A DNA stretch of 32,000 nt from Formosa sp. Hel1_33_131 (GTDB lineage Bacteria; Bacteroidota; Bacteroidia; Flavobacteriales; Flavobacteriaceae). A program made the position numbers and the translations under genes. This document shows positions 1 through 8,751 of the stretch, piece after piece. Where the stretch lies: contig NZ_CP017260.1 in assembly GCF_001735745.1 (NCBI RefSeq), positions 1,440,001-1,472,000 on the forward strand. The letters are read 5' to 3'. Each line of letters opens with the position of its first letter. Positions within the stretch are counted from its first letter, which is position 1. Under the pieces are notes generated by a model that was not told the DNA's origin, ran no database searches, and saw nothing but the letters and a program-made list of their open reading frames with translations.

Positions 1-75
1 ATCGGTATCTGTGATGTAAAGTGCCGCGATGAGCACTGCAATGAGAATAAATAAGCGTGTGATGAACTTCTTCAT
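1..75 (-). CDS. 5' end (25 codons) of a gene that runs off the left edge; hydrophobic signal/TM N-terminus
   Basis: ATG at complement 73-75, open to position 1: MKKFITRLFILIAVLIAALYITDTD. Absent from the ORF track only because the window edge truncates it. Confidence 0.4.
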   Translation of the reverse strand, partial: MKKFITRLFILIAVLIAALYITDTD

Positions 76-110
76 TTATGTGTGTTTAGATTACGGTAAA
101 TATAAATATA

Positions 111-136
111 AATAAGACACACTCAAACGTCTTATT
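111..136 (-). terminator. Hairpin overlapping the stop codon of the beta-barrel gene; possible intrinsic terminator
   Basis: aataagac (111-118) and gtcttatt (129-136) form a perfect 8-bp stem with a 10-nt loop. On the minus strand it is followed by UAUAUUUAUAUUU. Confidence 0.4.
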
Positions 137-995
137 TTAGTAAATAAAATAGTCCAGCCTCATAACTTGGAGCCGCATAAATAACCTTTCCAGAGATGGC
201 AGAATGGTAGCCCAAGCTAACCCCTAATTTTTTAGTGAATTTCCAAGCGACTTCGCCACCAATACTGATGAACTCTACATTGTTTGCAAAAATACTCCCA
301 TTATTGTTGGAAGCGTTTAAGGAGCCGTTTTTCAAAGACTTTACCATATTGGAACGGAGTAAAAGCAATAATTTACTTCCAACAAAACTAGTGCCCACCT
401 CAAGTCCAGCTTTGACTTCATCTGAAAAATTATTAGTTTTATTGTTAAAACCTAGGTACCCTTTGCCATAAAAAGAATGCTTAAAAAGTGAAAAGGACGT
501 TCCGGCATTGAACCGAAGTTGCTGGTTAAATTCGCCATCACCCGTTTGATAACTTCCATCGCTGCCCCCTTTGCTATCCCCCGAAGGAATTCCTAGGGTT
601 AGCGTCGTAGAAAAGGCGTGCTTCGATTTTTTAAATAAGCGGTATTCAATCCCCAAATCCATATCTCCAAAGCTGTTAAATGCTTCGCCTTCTAGCAGTG
701 TTTCATTGGTGACACTAGACACTTGATGGTTTTGGTATGACTTTACAAAAAACGGAATGTAGGCAATCACATTCCAGTTATCGGAGAGACCATATTTTCC
801 ATACAGGTTTAAATTAAAAATACCTCGTGTGGCGTTGGGGTCTATCTTTCCAGAATTGGTGTAATGTTGGTCTGCTTCAAGTGACCAAGCACTCAGCTTA
901 AAATAGCCATTTCCTTTTTTTTCTAACCATTGTGCATGGGTGAAAAATTGACAGGTAAACACGAATAGTAGGCTTAAAACAATTGATTTCTTCAT
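132..995 (-). CDS. Outer-membrane beta-barrel protein of unknown function
   Basis: Signal peptide MKKSIVLSLLFVFTCQFFTHAQ. Gly/Ser/Asn/Tyr-rich sequence with alternating hydrophobic strands throughout. 13 nt downstream of the DM13 lipoprotein gene on the same strand. Confidence 0.6.
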   Translation of the reverse strand: MKKSIVLSLLFVFTCQFFTHAQWLEKKGNGYFKLSAWSLEADQHYTNSGKIDPNATRGIFNLNLYGKYGLSDNWNVIAYIPFFVKSYQNHQVSSVTNETLLEGEAFNSFGDMDLGIEYRLFKKSKHAFSTTLTLGIPSGDSKGGSDGSYQTGDGEFNQQLRFNAGTSFSLFKHSFYGKGYLGFNNKTNNFSDEVKAGLEVGTSFVGSKLLLLLRSNMVKSLKNGSLNASNNNGSIFANNVEFISIGGEVAWKFTKKLGVSLGYHSAISGKVIYAAPSYEAGLFYLLK

Positions 996-1000
996 AATAT

Positions 1001-1008
1001 GGGGGGGG
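1001..1008. repeat. G8 (C8 on the coding strand) homopolymer in the 13-nt spacer between the DM13 gene stop and the beta-barrel gene start
   Basis: Direct read: ttcat aatat gggggggg tta. The tract abuts stop codon 1009-1011 and lies 5 nt from ATG 993-995. Confidence 0.9.
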
Positions 1009-1701
1009 TTATTGAATTTGACCTTCTCCGACTTTTACGCCAAAGGGTTTGCACCAGTATAAGATGTAACTATAATCATATATACTAATGGTTGAGGGCA
1101 AGTCGTAGAAATGAGCACCTTGAAAAACAGTCACAGGGCCAATTTCGTAGGCATCTGCAATGGAGTTTGGATTGTTTCCAAGATAGATATACAACCCGGG
1201 TAAACTTGTAGAGGCTACATAATCATCGCCTAGCGAAAGTCTCAGGATGTCATTTTCATCCTCATGTACTTTTAAAACATAGCTTCCTCCAAGCTCGTAG
1301 TTACTTGTAGTGACTACCGTTCCTAAGAATTCTATGGATTCTGTTAATGTAGCTGTCGATACAGTCACAACGTCTTTATTGGTAATTGTCAGTGTTTCTT
1401 CTGGAGTCGTCAGGGTAGCAGTAACGGTTGCCATACCGAGACTCATTCCAGTAGCGAGTCCATTTTCTGAGATTGTTAAAACAGCAGCATCACTACTGCT
1501 CCAGCTTACATTAGGATTCTGAATCTCTTTCCCCACATAATTAAAATAGTTCACCTCAAATGGATGGGTGCCACCATTTTCTAATGTTATTAAAGGATTT
1601 GAAATGAATATTTTAGGATCAACACGATCGTTTTTATAATCTGTTTTTACACAGGAAAATAACGGTAGGATACACACCACCATGAGAATTGTTTTTTTCA
1701 T
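1009..1701 (-). CDS. Lipoprotein with an N-terminal Big_2 (bacterial Ig-like) domain and a C-terminal DM13 domain
   Basis: Lipobox LPLFS-C. Big_2-like stretch NVSWSSSDAAVLTISENGLATGMSLGMATVTATL. DM13-like C-terminus GSYVLKVHEDENDILRLSLGDDY...LPGLYIYLGNN...YSYILYWCKPFGVKVGEG. Confidence 0.65.
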   Translation of the reverse strand: MKKTILMVVCILPLFSCVKTDYKNDRVDPKIFISNPLITLENGGTHPFEVNYFNYVGKEIQNPNVSWSSSDAAVLTISENGLATGMSLGMATVTATLTTPEETLTITNKDVVTVSTATLTESIEFLGTVVTTSNYELGGSYVLKVHEDENDILRLSLGDDYVASTSLPGLYIYLGNNPNSIADAYEIGPVTVFQGAHFYDLPSTISIYDYSYILYWCKPFGVKVGEGQIQ

Positions 1702-1785
1702 AATAGATATTTAAGGGTTTTGTAAAGCTAATAAAAACCTAAATAAAAAACAACAATTAACGTATTTTAGTAAAAAAAGAGGGTG

Positions 1786-2775
1786 TTAGCTTATGAGCTT
1801 CACAATGTCTTTAGCAAAATAACTTGCAATAATATCTGCTCCAGCACGCTTAAACGCCATGGTGGTTTCTAAAACTGCGGCATCGTGATTGAGCCATCCT
1901 TTTTCACTTGCCGCTTTGATCATGGCATATTCGCCACTCACTTGGTAAGCCGCCACAGGCACATCAAATTCATTTTTAATTTCACGGAGAATGTCTAAAT
2001 ACGCCAAGCCTGGTTTGACCATCACAATATCGGCTCCTTCATCGATGTCCATTTCGGTTTCTCTCATCGCTTCAAAACGGTTGGCATAATCCATTTGATA
2101 GGTTTTTTTATCCTTAGGAATGTTTTTAGAATCTACGGGAGCTGAATCCAAAGCATCTCTAAAAGGGCCATAAAATGAAGAAGCATATTTAGCACTGTAA
2201 CTCATGATGCCGGCATCAACATAGCCATCATCTTCAAAGGCTTCACGAATGCTCGAAATACGTCCATCCATCATATCACTAGGAGCCACAAAATCAGCCC
2301 CCGCCTCCATATGAGACAAACTCATTCCTGTTAAAATTTCAACCGTATCATCATTTTGAATAATCCCCTCAGAAACAATTCCATCGTGTCCATAAATAGA
2401 ATACGGATCGAGTGCTACATCGGTCATGACCAACATTTCTGGACAGACATTTTTGATGGTTTTTACAGCGCGTTGCATCAAACCGTTTGAGTTCAAAGCT
2501 TCCGTACCTTTGTTGTCTTTCAGTGCGTCTGCCACTTTCACAAATACAAGTACCGACTTTAATCCTAAACTCCAAAGCAGTTTTACTTCGGCTTCGAGAG
2601 TATCCAAACTAAACCTGAAATAGTTGGGCATGGAAGGGATTTCAGACTTGATGCCTTTGCCTTCTACAACAAATAAAGGCACTAAAAAATCATTTGGTGT
2701 AAGAATGGTTTCTCTTACCAAACTACGGATTGATTCATTGGTCCGTAAGCGTCTATTTCTTTTGATTGGATACAT
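1786..2775 (-). CDS. hemB: Porphobilinogen synthase (delta-aminolevulinate dehydratase)
   Basis: N-terminus KRNRRLRTNESIRSLVRET...LVPLFVVEG and full-length ALAD-like sequence (329 aa). Sits in the heme cluster. Confidence 0.95.
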   Translation of the reverse strand: MYPIKRNRRLRTNESIRSLVRETILTPNDFLVPLFVVEGKGIKSEIPSMPNYFRFSLDTLEAEVKLLWSLGLKSVLVFVKVADALKDNKGTEALNSNGLMQRAVKTIKNVCPEMLVMTDVALDPYSIYGHDGIVSEGIIQNDDTVEILTGMSLSHMEAGADFVAPSDMMDGRISSIREAFEDDGYVDAGIMSYSAKYASSFYGPFRDALDSAPVDSKNIPKDKKTYQMDYANRFEAMRETEMDIDEGADIVMVKPGLAYLDILREIKNEFDVPVAAYQVSGEYAMIKAASEKGWLNHDAAVLETTMAFKRAGADIIASYFAKDIVKLIS

Positions 2776-2777
2776 AA

Positions 2778-3680
2778 TTAAACCCAGTTTTTAGGGGCTT
2801 TTAACACCCGCATTAATTGTTCTTCTCTACTGTTTGGCTCTGGATGATGGTCGTACACCCACTGTACATGGGGAGGTAAACTCATAAGAATACTTTCGAT
2901 TCTTCCATTTGTTTTTAAGCCAAAAAGAGTGCCTTTGTCGTGTACTAAATTAAATTCTACATAGCGCCCTCTTCGAATTTCTTGCCAGTTGCGTTCTTCA
3001 GGGGTATAGGGTAAATGGATTCTTTTTTCTAAAATAGGGACGTAGGCTTCCAAAAAGCTATCGCCGACTTCACTCACAAAATCAAACCACTGCTCCATAC
3101 TCATGTCTTCTGTGGCCTTGCAATAGTCAAAAAACAGGCCGCCAATTCCACGTGCTTCGTCGCGATGGCTGTTGTGAAAATACTCATCACAGCGTTTTTT
3201 ATAAGTGGAATAAAACTCGGGATTGTGTTTGTCACAGGCATTTTTACAGGTTTGATGAAAATGAATGGCATCGTCTTCAAACAGATAATAAGGGGTCAAA
3301 TCTTGTCCGCCACCAAACCACTGATCAATGACGTCCCCTTGATCGTTGTACATTTCAAAATAACGCCAATTTGCATGTACTGTGGGAGCCATCGGATTTT
3401 TTGGGTGCAAGACCAAGCTTAGACCACAGGCAAAAAAATCAACATCGCCCACCTTAAAATAAGCTTGCATAGAGGCTGGTAATTTTCCATGAACACCAGA
3501 AATATTAACGCCGCCTTTTTCAAAGACCGCACCATTTTCGATCACTCGGGTACGTCCGCCACCCCCTTCGGGACGTTCCCAAATATCTTCTTTGAAGGAT
3601 ACACTGCCATCAATTTCTTCAAGTTTTGAAGTGATGCTGTCTTGTAAATTTTCGATGTATTTAAAGAATTTATCTTTCAT
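2778..3680 (-). CDS. hemF: Oxygen-dependent coproporphyrinogen III oxidase
   Basis: ERPEGGGGRTRVIENGAVFEKGGVNISGVHG and WFGGGQDLTPYY motifs. Start placed at ATG 3680 (MKDKFFKYIENLQD), which aligns with HemF N-termini. The track ORF extends to a TTG at 3728, and there is also an ATG at 3722. Confidence 0.92.
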   Translation of the reverse strand: MKDKFFKYIENLQDSITSKLEEIDGSVSFKEDIWERPEGGGGRTRVIENGAVFEKGGVNISGVHGKLPASMQAYFKVGDVDFFACGLSLVLHPKNPMAPTVHANWRYFEMYNDQGDVIDQWFGGGQDLTPYYLFEDDAIHFHQTCKNACDKHNPEFYSTYKKRCDEYFHNSHRDEARGIGGLFFDYCKATEDMSMEQWFDFVSEVGDSFLEAYVPILEKRIHLPYTPEERNWQEIRRGRYVEFNLVHDKGTLFGLKTNGRIESILMSLPPHVQWVYDHHPEPNSREEQLMRVLKAPKNWV

Positions 3681-3793
3681 TTTAAGGGATTTAATTTGAT
3701 GATATAATTCGTATAACTCCATGTCCAATGGACGTTCTCTTGTAGTTTTAAATGTATTTTACTATATATTAGGTTGAATTCAGCAATCACCTA

Positions 3794-4819
3794 TTAACTC
3801 TTATATTCTTTTACAGCGTCAATAAATGCTTTCGCATGATCAATAGGGATATTTGGTAAAATCCCATGTCCTAAATTTACAATGTATTTATCTTTCCCAA
3901 ATTCATTAATCATTTGATGCACCATTTTTTTGATTTCAGCAGGAGGGGATAACAATCTCGAAGGGTCAAAATTCCCTTGAAGCGTTACATTTCCACCCGT
4001 TAAATAACGCGCATTTCGAGCCGAACAGGTCCAGTCAATTCCCAAGGCTGAAGCATTTGATTTTGCCATGTCACCCAAAGCAAACCAACATCCTTTTCCA
4101 AAAGCAATTACGGGGGCATCGTCTTTTAAAGCTTCTATAATTTGATTGATATACTGCCATGAAAATTCTTGGTAATCCGTTGGTGAAAGCATGCCACCCC
4201 AAGAATCAAATATTTGAACGGCATTGACACCGGCTTTGACTTTTTCTTTAAGATAGGCAATTGTTGTATCTGTAATTTTTTGTAATAATTGATGCGCCGC
4301 CATTGGGTTTGTAAAACAAAATTCTTTGGCTTTGTCAAAGTTTTTACTGCCCTGTCCTTGTACACAGTAGCATAAAATAGTCCAAGGCGATCCCGCAAAA
4401 CCAATCAGAGGAATGTCGTCATTCAACAATTCTTTGGTCGCTTTAATCGCTTGATATACATAGTCCAATTCTACGGTCACATCTGGAACGATGACATTGT
4501 CAACGTCTTTTTGAGTTCGTACAGGATTTGGTAAATAAGGTCCAAAATTAGGTTTCATCTCCACCTCAATATTCATTGCTTGTGGAATCACGAGGATGTC
4601 ACAAAACAAAATGGCAGCGTCCATTCCATAGCGTCGGATTGGTTGCACCGTGATTTCACTTGCGAGTTCCGGCGTACGACAGCGGGTAAAGAAATCGTAT
4701 TTTTCTCTAATGGCGATGAATTCTGGTAAATAACGTCCCGCTTGACGCATCATCCAAACTGGTGGACGTTCAACCGTTTCGCCTCTCAATGCTTTTAAAA
4801 ATAAATCGTTTTTAATCAT
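3794..4819 (-). CDS. hemE: Uroporphyrinogen decarboxylase
   Basis: N-terminus [31 protein letters not shown]. 341 aa, typical for UROD. Confidence 0.95.
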   Translation of the reverse strand: MIKNDLFLKALRGETVERPPVWMMRQAGRYLPEFIAIREKYDFFTRCRTPELASEITVQPIRRYGMDAAILFCDILVIPQAMNIEVEMKPNFGPYLPNPVRTQKDVDNVIVPDVTVELDYVYQAIKATKELLNDDIPLIGFAGSPWTILCYCVQGQGSKNFDKAKEFCFTNPMAAHQLLQKITDTTIAYLKEKVKAGVNAVQIFDSWGGMLSPTDYQEFSWQYINQIIEALKDDAPVIAFGKGCWFALGDMAKSNASALGIDWTCSARNARYLTGGNVTLQGNFDPSRLLSPPAEIKKMVHQMINEFGKDKYIVNLGHGILPNIPIDHAKAFIDAVKEYKS

Positions 4820-4824
4820 AACGT

Positions 4825-6399
4825 CTAAATATAATTTTGATTCACAAGATCGATGACACTTTCTACCGTAGGAATTTTCGCTACGCGTACATCTTTAAAA
4901 TATTTTTTTGCTTCCTTCGCTGTGCTTTCGCCGATACAATATGCGATACAGTCTGGGGTGTTTTTTTGTAAAAAACTTTGAATTGTAGAAGGGCTGTAAA
5001 ACATAACACCCTCTATAGATTTCTCCAGTTTAGGCGCTTCCAACTTGGTGCTGTAGGCTTCAATTTCTTTAACCTTAATGTTACTGTCTCCTAAAATAGT
5101 AGGCAGGTCATCCATCCGAATGTCGCTACAAAAGTAGGTGGCTTCAGAACCTTCAATAAAATCTACCAGATAATTTGCCAAAGCCTTGGCATTTTTCTCT
5201 GAATGTTTTACAGGTCCAATTTTCTGTTCGATCAGGCGTTTGGTACGTCTGCCAACACAGTAAATCGTTTCAAAATTTAAGTCCTCAACAGGACAGTTAT
5301 TTAAGATGGCTTCCACGCCGTTTTTACTCGTAATAATTACATTTTTATGCGCTGCTTTTAAATGAATGGGTTTGATTCTATTCGCCGCTGTTTTGATAAA
5401 GTCAGAACTTTCAACTTTAAGTGCGTTGTTAAATAAATCTTTTTGTCCTCTACTTAATAATTTCGATGAAAAAATAGTGGTTGGCCCGTTGTCTATCGCT
5501 GTGGTTCCAATCAAGGTTTTACCACCCCGACTCAAAATAAATTCTACGCAATCATCAACAAGGGTGTAATGTTCTCCGAGTTTTGCGGTGCGTTTGGCTT
5601 CAATTTTTTTAGTTCCATCGGTACTTAAAACAATCCCATGGAAATGAATCTCTTCTTCTTTTATATAGGCGAGGGCTCCAATGGGAGCGCTACAACCGCC
5701 TTCTAGTTTATTTAAAAATTCGCGTTCAATTTTTGTTGAAATTGCGGTTTCTTCATGGTTCAGTGGTGCACAAGCTTCCATGGCTTCTACATTTGAACTT
5801 AGAGACGCAATCATTACCGCTCCTTGTGCTGGTGCGGGTACCATCCATTCTAAATTCACAGAATCTTCGGGGGTCAATTCAAGACGTCCCAATCCGGCTG
5901 CCGCAAAAATGGCGCCATTCCAATCGCTATTTTCTAATTTATCCAATCGGGTGTTTACATTTCCTCTTATGCCTACAATACTATGTGTAGGATAGCGGTT
6001 GAGCCATTGTGCTTTTCGTCTCAAACTACCGGTTGCAATCACCGCATCTTTCTGTGCTAAAAACTCTTCATTGGTTTTAAAAACGAGTGTATCTCTGATG
6101 TTTCCACGTTTCAAAACGGCTGCTTGAACGATGCCTTCTGGCATCACGGTTGGCACATCTTTTAAAGAGTGAACCGCAATATCAATCTCTTCATTTAACA
6201 AAGCGATGTCTAAAGTTCGTGTAAAAACGCCTGTAACACCAAGCTCGTAAATGGGCTTGTTTAAGACCAAATCTCCTGTAGATTTTACGGGGACTAATAC
6301 CGTTTCATGCCCTAAATGTTGGAGTTGTGATTGTACGGTTTTGGCTTGCCAAAGAGCAAGCGCACTGTCACGCGTACCGATTCGAATAATTTTAGACAT
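4825..6399 (-). CDS. hemC: Fused hydroxymethylbilane synthase (N-terminal ~300 aa) and uroporphyrinogen-III synthase (C-terminal ~220 aa)
   Basis: N-terminus [26 protein letters not shown] and GGCSAPIG (HemC). C-terminal half has the HemD-like two-lobe pattern ([11 protein letters not shown]..., [31 protein letters not shown]). The ATG overlaps the hemA stop by 8 nt. Confidence 0.88.
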   Translation of the reverse strand: MSKIIRIGTRDSALALWQAKTVQSQLQHLGHETVLVPVKSTGDLVLNKPIYELGVTGVFTRTLDIALLNEEIDIAVHSLKDVPTVMPEGIVQAAVLKRGNIRDTLVFKTNEEFLAQKDAVIATGSLRRKAQWLNRYPTHSIVGIRGNVNTRLDKLENSDWNGAIFAAAGLGRLELTPEDSVNLEWMVPAPAQGAVMIASLSSNVEAMEACAPLNHEETAISTKIEREFLNKLEGGCSAPIGALAYIKEEEIHFHGIVLSTDGTKKIEAKRTAKLGEHYTLVDDCVEFILSRGGKTLIGTTAIDNGPTTIFSSKLLSRGQKDLFNNALKVESSDFIKTAANRIKPIHLKAAHKNVIITSKNGVEAILNNCPVEDLNFETIYCVGRRTKRLIEQKIGPVKHSEKNAKALANYLVDFIEGSEATYFCSDIRMDDLPTILGDSNIKVKEIEAYSTKLEAPKLEKSIEGVMFYSPSTIQSFLQKNTPDCIAYCIGESTAKEAKKYFKDVRVAKIPTVESVIDLVNQNYI

Positions 6400-7675
6400 G
6401 TTTTTTAGAATCTAATTGAAACACCTTTTTGATGAGTTCGAGACTTTCATTTTTTGAGATCGTTTCGTCCTTCAGATGGTGTGCAAAGTGGTTGGTTATT
6501 TTTTGAACTAGGTTGGCACTGATTAATTCCGCTTGTGCTTCATTAAATTCATTTATTTTTTTTCGTTGGGTATCCACTTCAGCCGTGGCAAATACTTGTA
6601 ATTTCTCTTTGAGTGCTTTGATGGTGGGTGCAAACTTTCGGTTGTCCACCCATGCTTCAAACTCCGTTTTTATATCGCTAATAATACCTTCAGCTACGGG
6701 AATATATTGCTTTCTTTTTTCTAATGTTTCATCCGTCATTTGCGATAAATGATCCAAATGCACCAAGGTCACCATTGGTAATTCCTTTACATTTTCATTC
6801 ACATTTTTAGGGATGGATAAATCGAGAATGAGTAATGGTTTTTTATTTTGAATAAGGTGCTTATCGATTGTTGGGTTTTGCGCTCCAGTCGCTACAATTA
6901 AAATATCGGTGTTTCCAATTTCTTCTTGCAACTGACTGTAGTCTTTGACTAGAAGTTTAAATTTTCCAGCCACTTTATCTGCTCTGTCGCGTGTGCGATT
7001 TATAAGCGTAATGTGTTCGTTTTTGGTATGTTTGATGAGGTTCTCACAAGTGTTTCGTCCTATTTTTCCAGTTCCAAAAAGTAAAATATTTTTGGTAGAA
7101 ATTTCTTCTACTGTTTTTTTGATATAGTGTACAGAGGCAAAAGAGACGGAGGTTGCTCCTGAAGATAATTCCGTTTCTGTTTTGATGCGTTTGCTCGCTT
7201 GAATTACTGCATTGATCAACCGTTCTAAATAAGCATTGAGCAATTGGTGTTTTTTAGAAATCTTAGCACTGAGTTTCAGTTGGCTAATAATTTCAAAATC
7301 ACCCAAAATCTGACTGTCTAACCCAGCACCAACCTTAAACATGTGTTGAATGGCGTCGCTGTTTTTATAAACATAAGCCACACTTTGAAAATCTTCAACA
7401 GTGCCTTGCGTATTGTCACAAAGCAATTTAATAAGTTCAAATGGATGTCTGGCAAAACCGTAAATTTCCGTACGGTTACAGGTTGAGGTTGCGACCAAAC
7501 TTTCAATACCGCTCGCTTTGGCTTGCAGCATTAAGTTTGTTTTGGCGTTTTGGTCCAAACTAAATTCCCCACGCATTTTCGCATCTGCTTTTTTGTAGCT
7601 GAGGCCAATCACATAGAAATAGGTACTTGCAGATTTGTTGAATTGCTCCATTAATGTATTTGGAATATATTTCAC
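6392..7675 (-). CDS. hemA: Glutamyl-tRNA reductase
   Basis: GLSYKKA, TCNRTEIY, and NAD-binding LLFGTGKIGR. The start is ambiguous: ATG 7675 or MEQFNK at 7651. Confidence 0.92.
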   Translation of the reverse strand: MKYIPNTLMEQFNKSASTYFYVIGLSYKKADAKMRGEFSLDQNAKTNLMLQAKASGIESLVATSTCNRTEIYGFARHPFELIKLLCDNTQGTVEDFQSVAYVYKNSDAIQHMFKVGAGLDSQILGDFEIISQLKLSAKISKKHQLLNAYLERLINAVIQASKRIKTETELSSGATSVSFASVHYIKKTVEEISTKNILLFGTGKIGRNTCENLIKHTKNEHITLINRTRDRADKVAGKFKLLVKDYSQLQEEIGNTDILIVATGAQNPTIDKHLIQNKKPLLILDLSIPKNVNENVKELPMVTLVHLDHLSQMTDETLEKRKQYIPVAEGIISDIKTEFEAWVDNRKFAPTIKALKEKLQVFATAEVDTQRKKINEFNEAQAELISANLVQKITNHFAHHLKDETISKNESLELIKKVFQLDSKKHV

Positions 7676-7677
7676 GA

Positions 7678-7685
7678 CAAAAATA
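7678..7685 (-). promoter_or_regulatory. Candidate Bacteroidetes -7 box (TATTTTTG on the minus strand) for the hemA string
   Basis: Plus-strand caaaaata is the reverse complement of TAnnTTTG. It lies only 2 nt (7676-7677) from ATG 7675. This implies either a leaderless mRNA or use of the downstream Met at 7651. Confidence 0.3.
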
Positions 7686-7777
7686 ACCGCTTTGATTTGT
7701 AAAAAATAACGCTAGAAGAACTTTATATGTCGTTTAGAGGTTTGCATCTATTATTTAGTTATTTTTGTTAAAATTTG

Positions 7778-7785
7778 TATTTTTG
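7778..7785 (+). promoter_or_regulatory. Candidate -7 box TATTTTTG for the araC-hemH-MATE-hemJ string
   Basis: tatttttg matches TAnnTTTG. An identical copy lies at 7760-7767. The box is 3 nt (7786-7788) upstream of an 11-codon uORF. Confidence 0.35.
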
Positions 7786-7823
7786 CAGATGAAAACGAAC
7801 ACGAATCTTAATTTTTATTTATA

Positions 7824-8744
7824 ATGAATCTAAATAAAGACCGCTCAGAAAGTATGCAGTCTCCTCCAAAAAACACCGCTCAAGGGTCTTTTTCAGAAAC
7901 AGCGGTTGAGGCGGGGTTTACTGTCATGACATATCAGAATGAAACTTCTGAAGTTCAACTCCTTGAAAAGGAAATAGATAGCTCTTTTATTCAATTTCAC
8001 TTTTGTGTGAAAGGGGAGTGTAAGTTTGTGTTTAATAATGGCACTTATAGCCTTAACATTTCTGAAGAAAATTCATTATTGCTTTACAATCCCCAAAGAG
8101 ACTTACCTATTCATTTAGAAGTTGACCCTTCGTCTTGGGTTGTGTCCTTATTAATTTCGATTAAAAAATTTCACGGATTATTTTCGCATGAAGCAAATTA
8201 TATCACATTCTTAAGCCAAGATAATCAGGATAAAAAATATTATAAAGATGGACATATTTCCCCTTCTATGGCCATCGTTTTAAATCAACTTATTAATTAC
8301 AATTTAAACTCCACCATCAAGTCTTTATACTTCAAAGGGAAAGCGTATGAGTTGCTGAGTTTGTATTTTAACAGAGGCGAAGAAGCAAACATTGAACAGT
8401 GTCCTTTTTTGGTCGATGACTCAAATGTGGTAAAAATCAGGCAAGCAAAAGACATTATCATTAACCGTCTTTCGGAGCCACCAACCTTAACGGCCTTAGC
8501 GGTTGAAATTGATTTAAGCCTCAAAAAACTCAAAGAAGGGTTTAAGCAAATTTATGGCACGACGGTCTATGGATTTTTGTTTGATTACAAAATGGAGCTC
8601 GCTCGAAAATTATTAGAATCAGGCGCTCACAACGTCAATGAAGTAGGACTTAAAGTTGGTTACAGCACCGCCAGTCATTTTATTTCAGCATTTAAAAAAC
8701 AATACGGGACCACTCCCAAAAAATACATTCAATCTCTTAATTAA
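7824..8744 (+). CDS. AraC-family transcriptional regulator (N-terminal sensor domain plus C-terminal double HTH)
   Basis: C-terminus LTALAVEIDLSLKKLKEGFKQIYGTTVYGFL...NEVGLKVGYSTASHFISAFKKQYGTTPKKY. Only 7 nt upstream of hemH. Confidence 0.85.
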   Translation: MNLNKDRSESMQSPPKNTAQGSFSETAVEAGFTVMTYQNETSEVQLLEKEIDSSFIQFHFCVKGECKFVFNNGTYSLNISEENSLLLYNPQRDLPIHLEVDPSSWVVSLLISIKKFHGLFSHEANYITFLSQDNQDKKYYKDGHISPSMAIVLNQLINYNLNSTIKSLYFKGKAYELLSLYFNRGEEANIEQCPFLVDDSNVVKIRQAKDIIINRLSEPPTLTALAVEIDLSLKKLKEGFKQIYGTTVYGFLFDYKMELARKLLESGAHNVNEVGLKVGYSTASHFISAFKKQYGTTPKKYIQSLN

Positions 8745-8751
8745 CCAAAAT

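Noticed and set aside
235-471. Short track ORFs lying inside or antisense to larger genes. Examples: 235-471, 1310-1522, 2369-2575, 2426-2623, 3165-3422, 4135-4404, 5366-5569, 5681-5995, 5733-5990, 6513-6752, 6945-7127, 7318-7506, 8297-8533, 8685-9035, 9760-9942, 10864-11094, 12942-13175, 13182-13427, 13434-13655, 15150-15425, 15780-15971, 15993-16205, 19181-19363, 22269-22511, 22585-22785, 22709-22930, 23864-24061, 26599-26781, 26861-27058, 28439-28654, 28877-29119, 30938-31147, 31518-31700, 31694-31903.
   Set aside because: Each is fully embedded in a long ORF whose product has clear family motifs. The short ORFs have low-complexity or odd composition and no recognisable motifs. They are ordinary shadow ORFs.
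3681-3728. Extra 16 codons (TTG start) at the front of hemF.
   Set aside because: The first codon is TTG. HemF proteins align from MKDKFF (compare the E. coli N-terminus). This is kept only as an alternative start.
8656-8751. N-terminal extension of the hemH ORF.
   Set aside because: The extension overlaps the 3' end of araC in another frame. Ferrochelatase similarity begins exactly at MKGVLLVNLG (ATG 8752).
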